A stretch of 52,685 nucleotides of DNA, counting the filler, from Jimgerdemannia flammicorona (taxonomy: Eukaryota): NCBI GenBank assembly GCA_003990765.1. It is 2 parts of 2 records of this genome, joined end to end, with 100 filler letters (N's around TTAATTAATTAA, not from the genome) between each part and the next. Parts side by side here need not be neighbours in the genome. Positions count along the whole stretch, not along the records: positions 26,395 to 52,685 come from RBNJ01000739.1; 1 more part is not named here. One strand, 5' to 3'. The first letter of the stretch is position 1. The number at the start of each line of letters is the position of its first letter. Shown here in pieces: positions 50,584 to 52,685 of this stretch. The notes under the pieces were generated by a model, which worked only from the letters and a program-made list of their open reading frames with translations, searched no databases and was not told the origin of the DNA. Made by a program: the position numbers and the translations under genes.

Positions 50584-52685
50584 CATCAATATCCCTTTCT
50601 CTGGTAACATTCAGGTTACACAACCCTTTGGCAACACTTTTGACACAGTTTCTGGAGAAAAGCTACTAGTATCATGGCAACCAACAAGCATCCAGAGGTG
50701 CGTACTGGGCAGGGTGGCCCTGGAGTGTTTGAATGGCAGCAAGTGGGGAGAGGCCCCAGCTTGGGGGGAAGTATGAGGGACCTGCTGGTGGGGGGCTGCG
50801 GTGGAAGAGGGGGTGGAGCTGGAGGTCAAGGGTCTGGCAGGGTGAGCTTTGCAGAGAAGGTGAAGGGGGGTTGACAGGGAGCTGGACTGGAGAGCTAGCT
50901 AAGAGGGGGGAAGGTACCAGTGGCGGCTTCCAGGCAGCAACCGCTTGGAGGTGCCTCTCTGGAGGGCCATAGGAGTGGAGCTGGAGGGGTAGCAGCTGGG
51001 GCGGGGACTGCTGATGGGGGTGTGACAGGTGATCTGGAAAAAAATCTAGATGGGACTGCTGATGGTGAGCCGAGCAGTGGGAAGAGCATGAGGCCCAGGG
51101 ACCTGGCAGATGGTGTAACGGGACTGGCGGTGGCTCCGTTACTCAAGAAGTCGATCTCGGCATTCGCAGTCATGCTGTGCTTCCGGGGCTTAGCAGTTAC
51201 AGCAAAAATGGTATTGGGGCTTATTGCTAAGCAGGTGACAGGAGCAGCTTTGGTGAAGTTTCTGAAGGGACTGGAGGGGGTGGAGGTAGGATTTGAGGAG
51301 GTGGAACCACTGGAGGAGGCGCTGAAGGTTGGGTTAGTGGTTGGGGAGGTGTATGTTCCGATGGTGAGGTGTTTGAAATGGGATCCGAGGGTGGTCCAAC
51401 TGCTGGTGAAAGGAGTACCCATGGTGACGGTGATGGAGATGAGGAAGAGAGTGGAGGATGTCATGGCAGAGTATGGCAAGATGGTGGATATCGGATTCAG
51501 GGTCTGGGAAGGGACCGCACTCAGGACTGGGGATGTGGATGTGAGGATTCAGCTAGCTGGGAAAGAGGCTACCAGGAAGACGAGGGACTGGCCTTTGGTG
51601 TTGGTCTGGGGGGCTTTCCTGTGCAAGGTAACGCATGTGAAAGGGAGTGAAGAAGAGGAGGAAGATTTATTGGAAGCGCTGGAGGAGCTGGATGGGGCTG
51701 TGGAACGGCGAGCTAAGGTCTGGAAGACTTTCGAGGAGTCGACGCTCCTGGAGGTAGTGGATGGAAAGAGGATTCAAGTGGACAAGGTGCAGTGGGAAAG
51801 GGCTCAAGGGTGGAAGAGGCAGAAGGATTTGCTGGCCAAGCTGGGGGGTGGTCATCAGAAGGATGCGAGCATGAAGATAGGTACAGAAGGGGCCGAAGTG
51901 AGTGTCTGGGCTGGTGAGAGGAGTGGGAATGAAGGGGCAGGGTCTGGAAAGGCTAAGGAGGTGGAGATTAGAGACCTATATGCTGACGGCACCTTGGAGA
52001 TTTGGGATGACGGCTGGGAGAACTCCCCCTCCCCTTCCCCTCTAATTAGGCATGGCCCGGCTTCCAGGAACAAGCCTGGGGAGGATGTGATGATGCTGGG
52101 AACCCAGCAGGTGAAATTCAGCATCCCGGAGGCATTGGATGGGGACCAAGTGGGGGCAGCAGGAGAGGAGGAACTGGTAGATGTCCCAGAGGTGTGGGAT
52201 GAGGACGCAAGTGTGGGAGCAGACACCACAATGCTGGATGGAGGGAGGCCAGCGACCCCTGGTGGTAAGGAGGTGGGGAACCTACTTTGGATGTGCTGGA
52301 TGATGAATAACCTGGTGTCAGACAAGCTGGGGGAGGTGGACTTGCGTGGGATGGGTGATGAGCATTGGACGAGAATTTTGCAGGGGGAAGGGGTGGCGAT
52401 GGCACTGAAGGTGGAAATTCTTGCGGTGTACCTGGCGGAGGAAGGGTATGAGATGGATAAGGAGAGGGAGGCGGAGTTGGCAGTGGTCGCTGGGGAGAAG
52501 GCTGAGTACTGTTGGAACAGACATCATGGGTTGCAACTTTGGCAGGAGGCTTGCATCGAGTACCGTGAGGAGTTTGAGGAGAAGGCTGATGAGGAGATGA
52601 ATGAGCTGTTGGCTGGACTGGAGGCTCAGAGGGCCGAAGAGGAGGAGGTGATGGCTGAACATAATCTGGACATGGCACAAGAGGA
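50584..52685 (+). mobile_element. Young L1/Tx1-like LINE, 5' end and ORF1 (runs off the window)
   Basis: 5' motif cctttc.ctggtaacatt.aggt.acaca is shared with the LINE end at 46132. ORF1 starts at 50674. CpGs are largely retained. Confidence 0.9.
50674..52685 (+). pseudogene. LINE ORF1 (>670 aa; RRM-like central region, acidic C-terminal half)
   Basis: One frame with only two stops (TGA 50872, TAG 50896), then open from 50899 to the window end, so it is missing from the ORF track. RRM-like segment QLLVKGVP...EDVMAEYGKMVDI...TGDVDVRI. Homologous to 45333..45641. Confidence 0.85.

Noticed and set aside
50895..52680. Minus-strand ORFs (194, 156, 186, 120 aa) and the similar plus-strand ORFs at 44781-45933
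   Set aside because: Ser/Pro-rich antisense shadows of the G-rich LINE ORF1.

Overview
No intact host gene is recognisable. The window is a eukaryotic, probably fungal, nest of decayed retroelements, with a contig-join linker at 26295-26394. It contains three L1/Tx1-like LINE copies, one structurally complete Ngaro-type tyrosine-recombinase retrotransposon (split direct repeats A1...B1-A2-B2; SAP-like domain in ORF1), a Ty1/Copia RT-RNase H remnant, and four Ty3/Gypsy families (called A-D here), all four encoding dUTPase. Most elements are degraded by C>T/G>A transitions at CpG and CpA (RIP-like or methylation-driven). The most striking structure is in families B and C, whose long LTRs (1.5-2.1 kb) hold a complete gene-like unit in U3: TGACTCA site(s), a TATA-like box, an ATG, a 277-365 aa ORF of unknown function with an acidic C-terminus, two ATGACGTCAT-type motifs 15 bp apart, and then the normal LTR TATA. 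One family C LTR carries a different U3 cargo inside the same ends. A small C-x-H-x12-C-x2-C domain sits beside the dUTPase in families B and C. All calls come from manual translation and comparison; boundaries marked approximate may be off by tens of bases.
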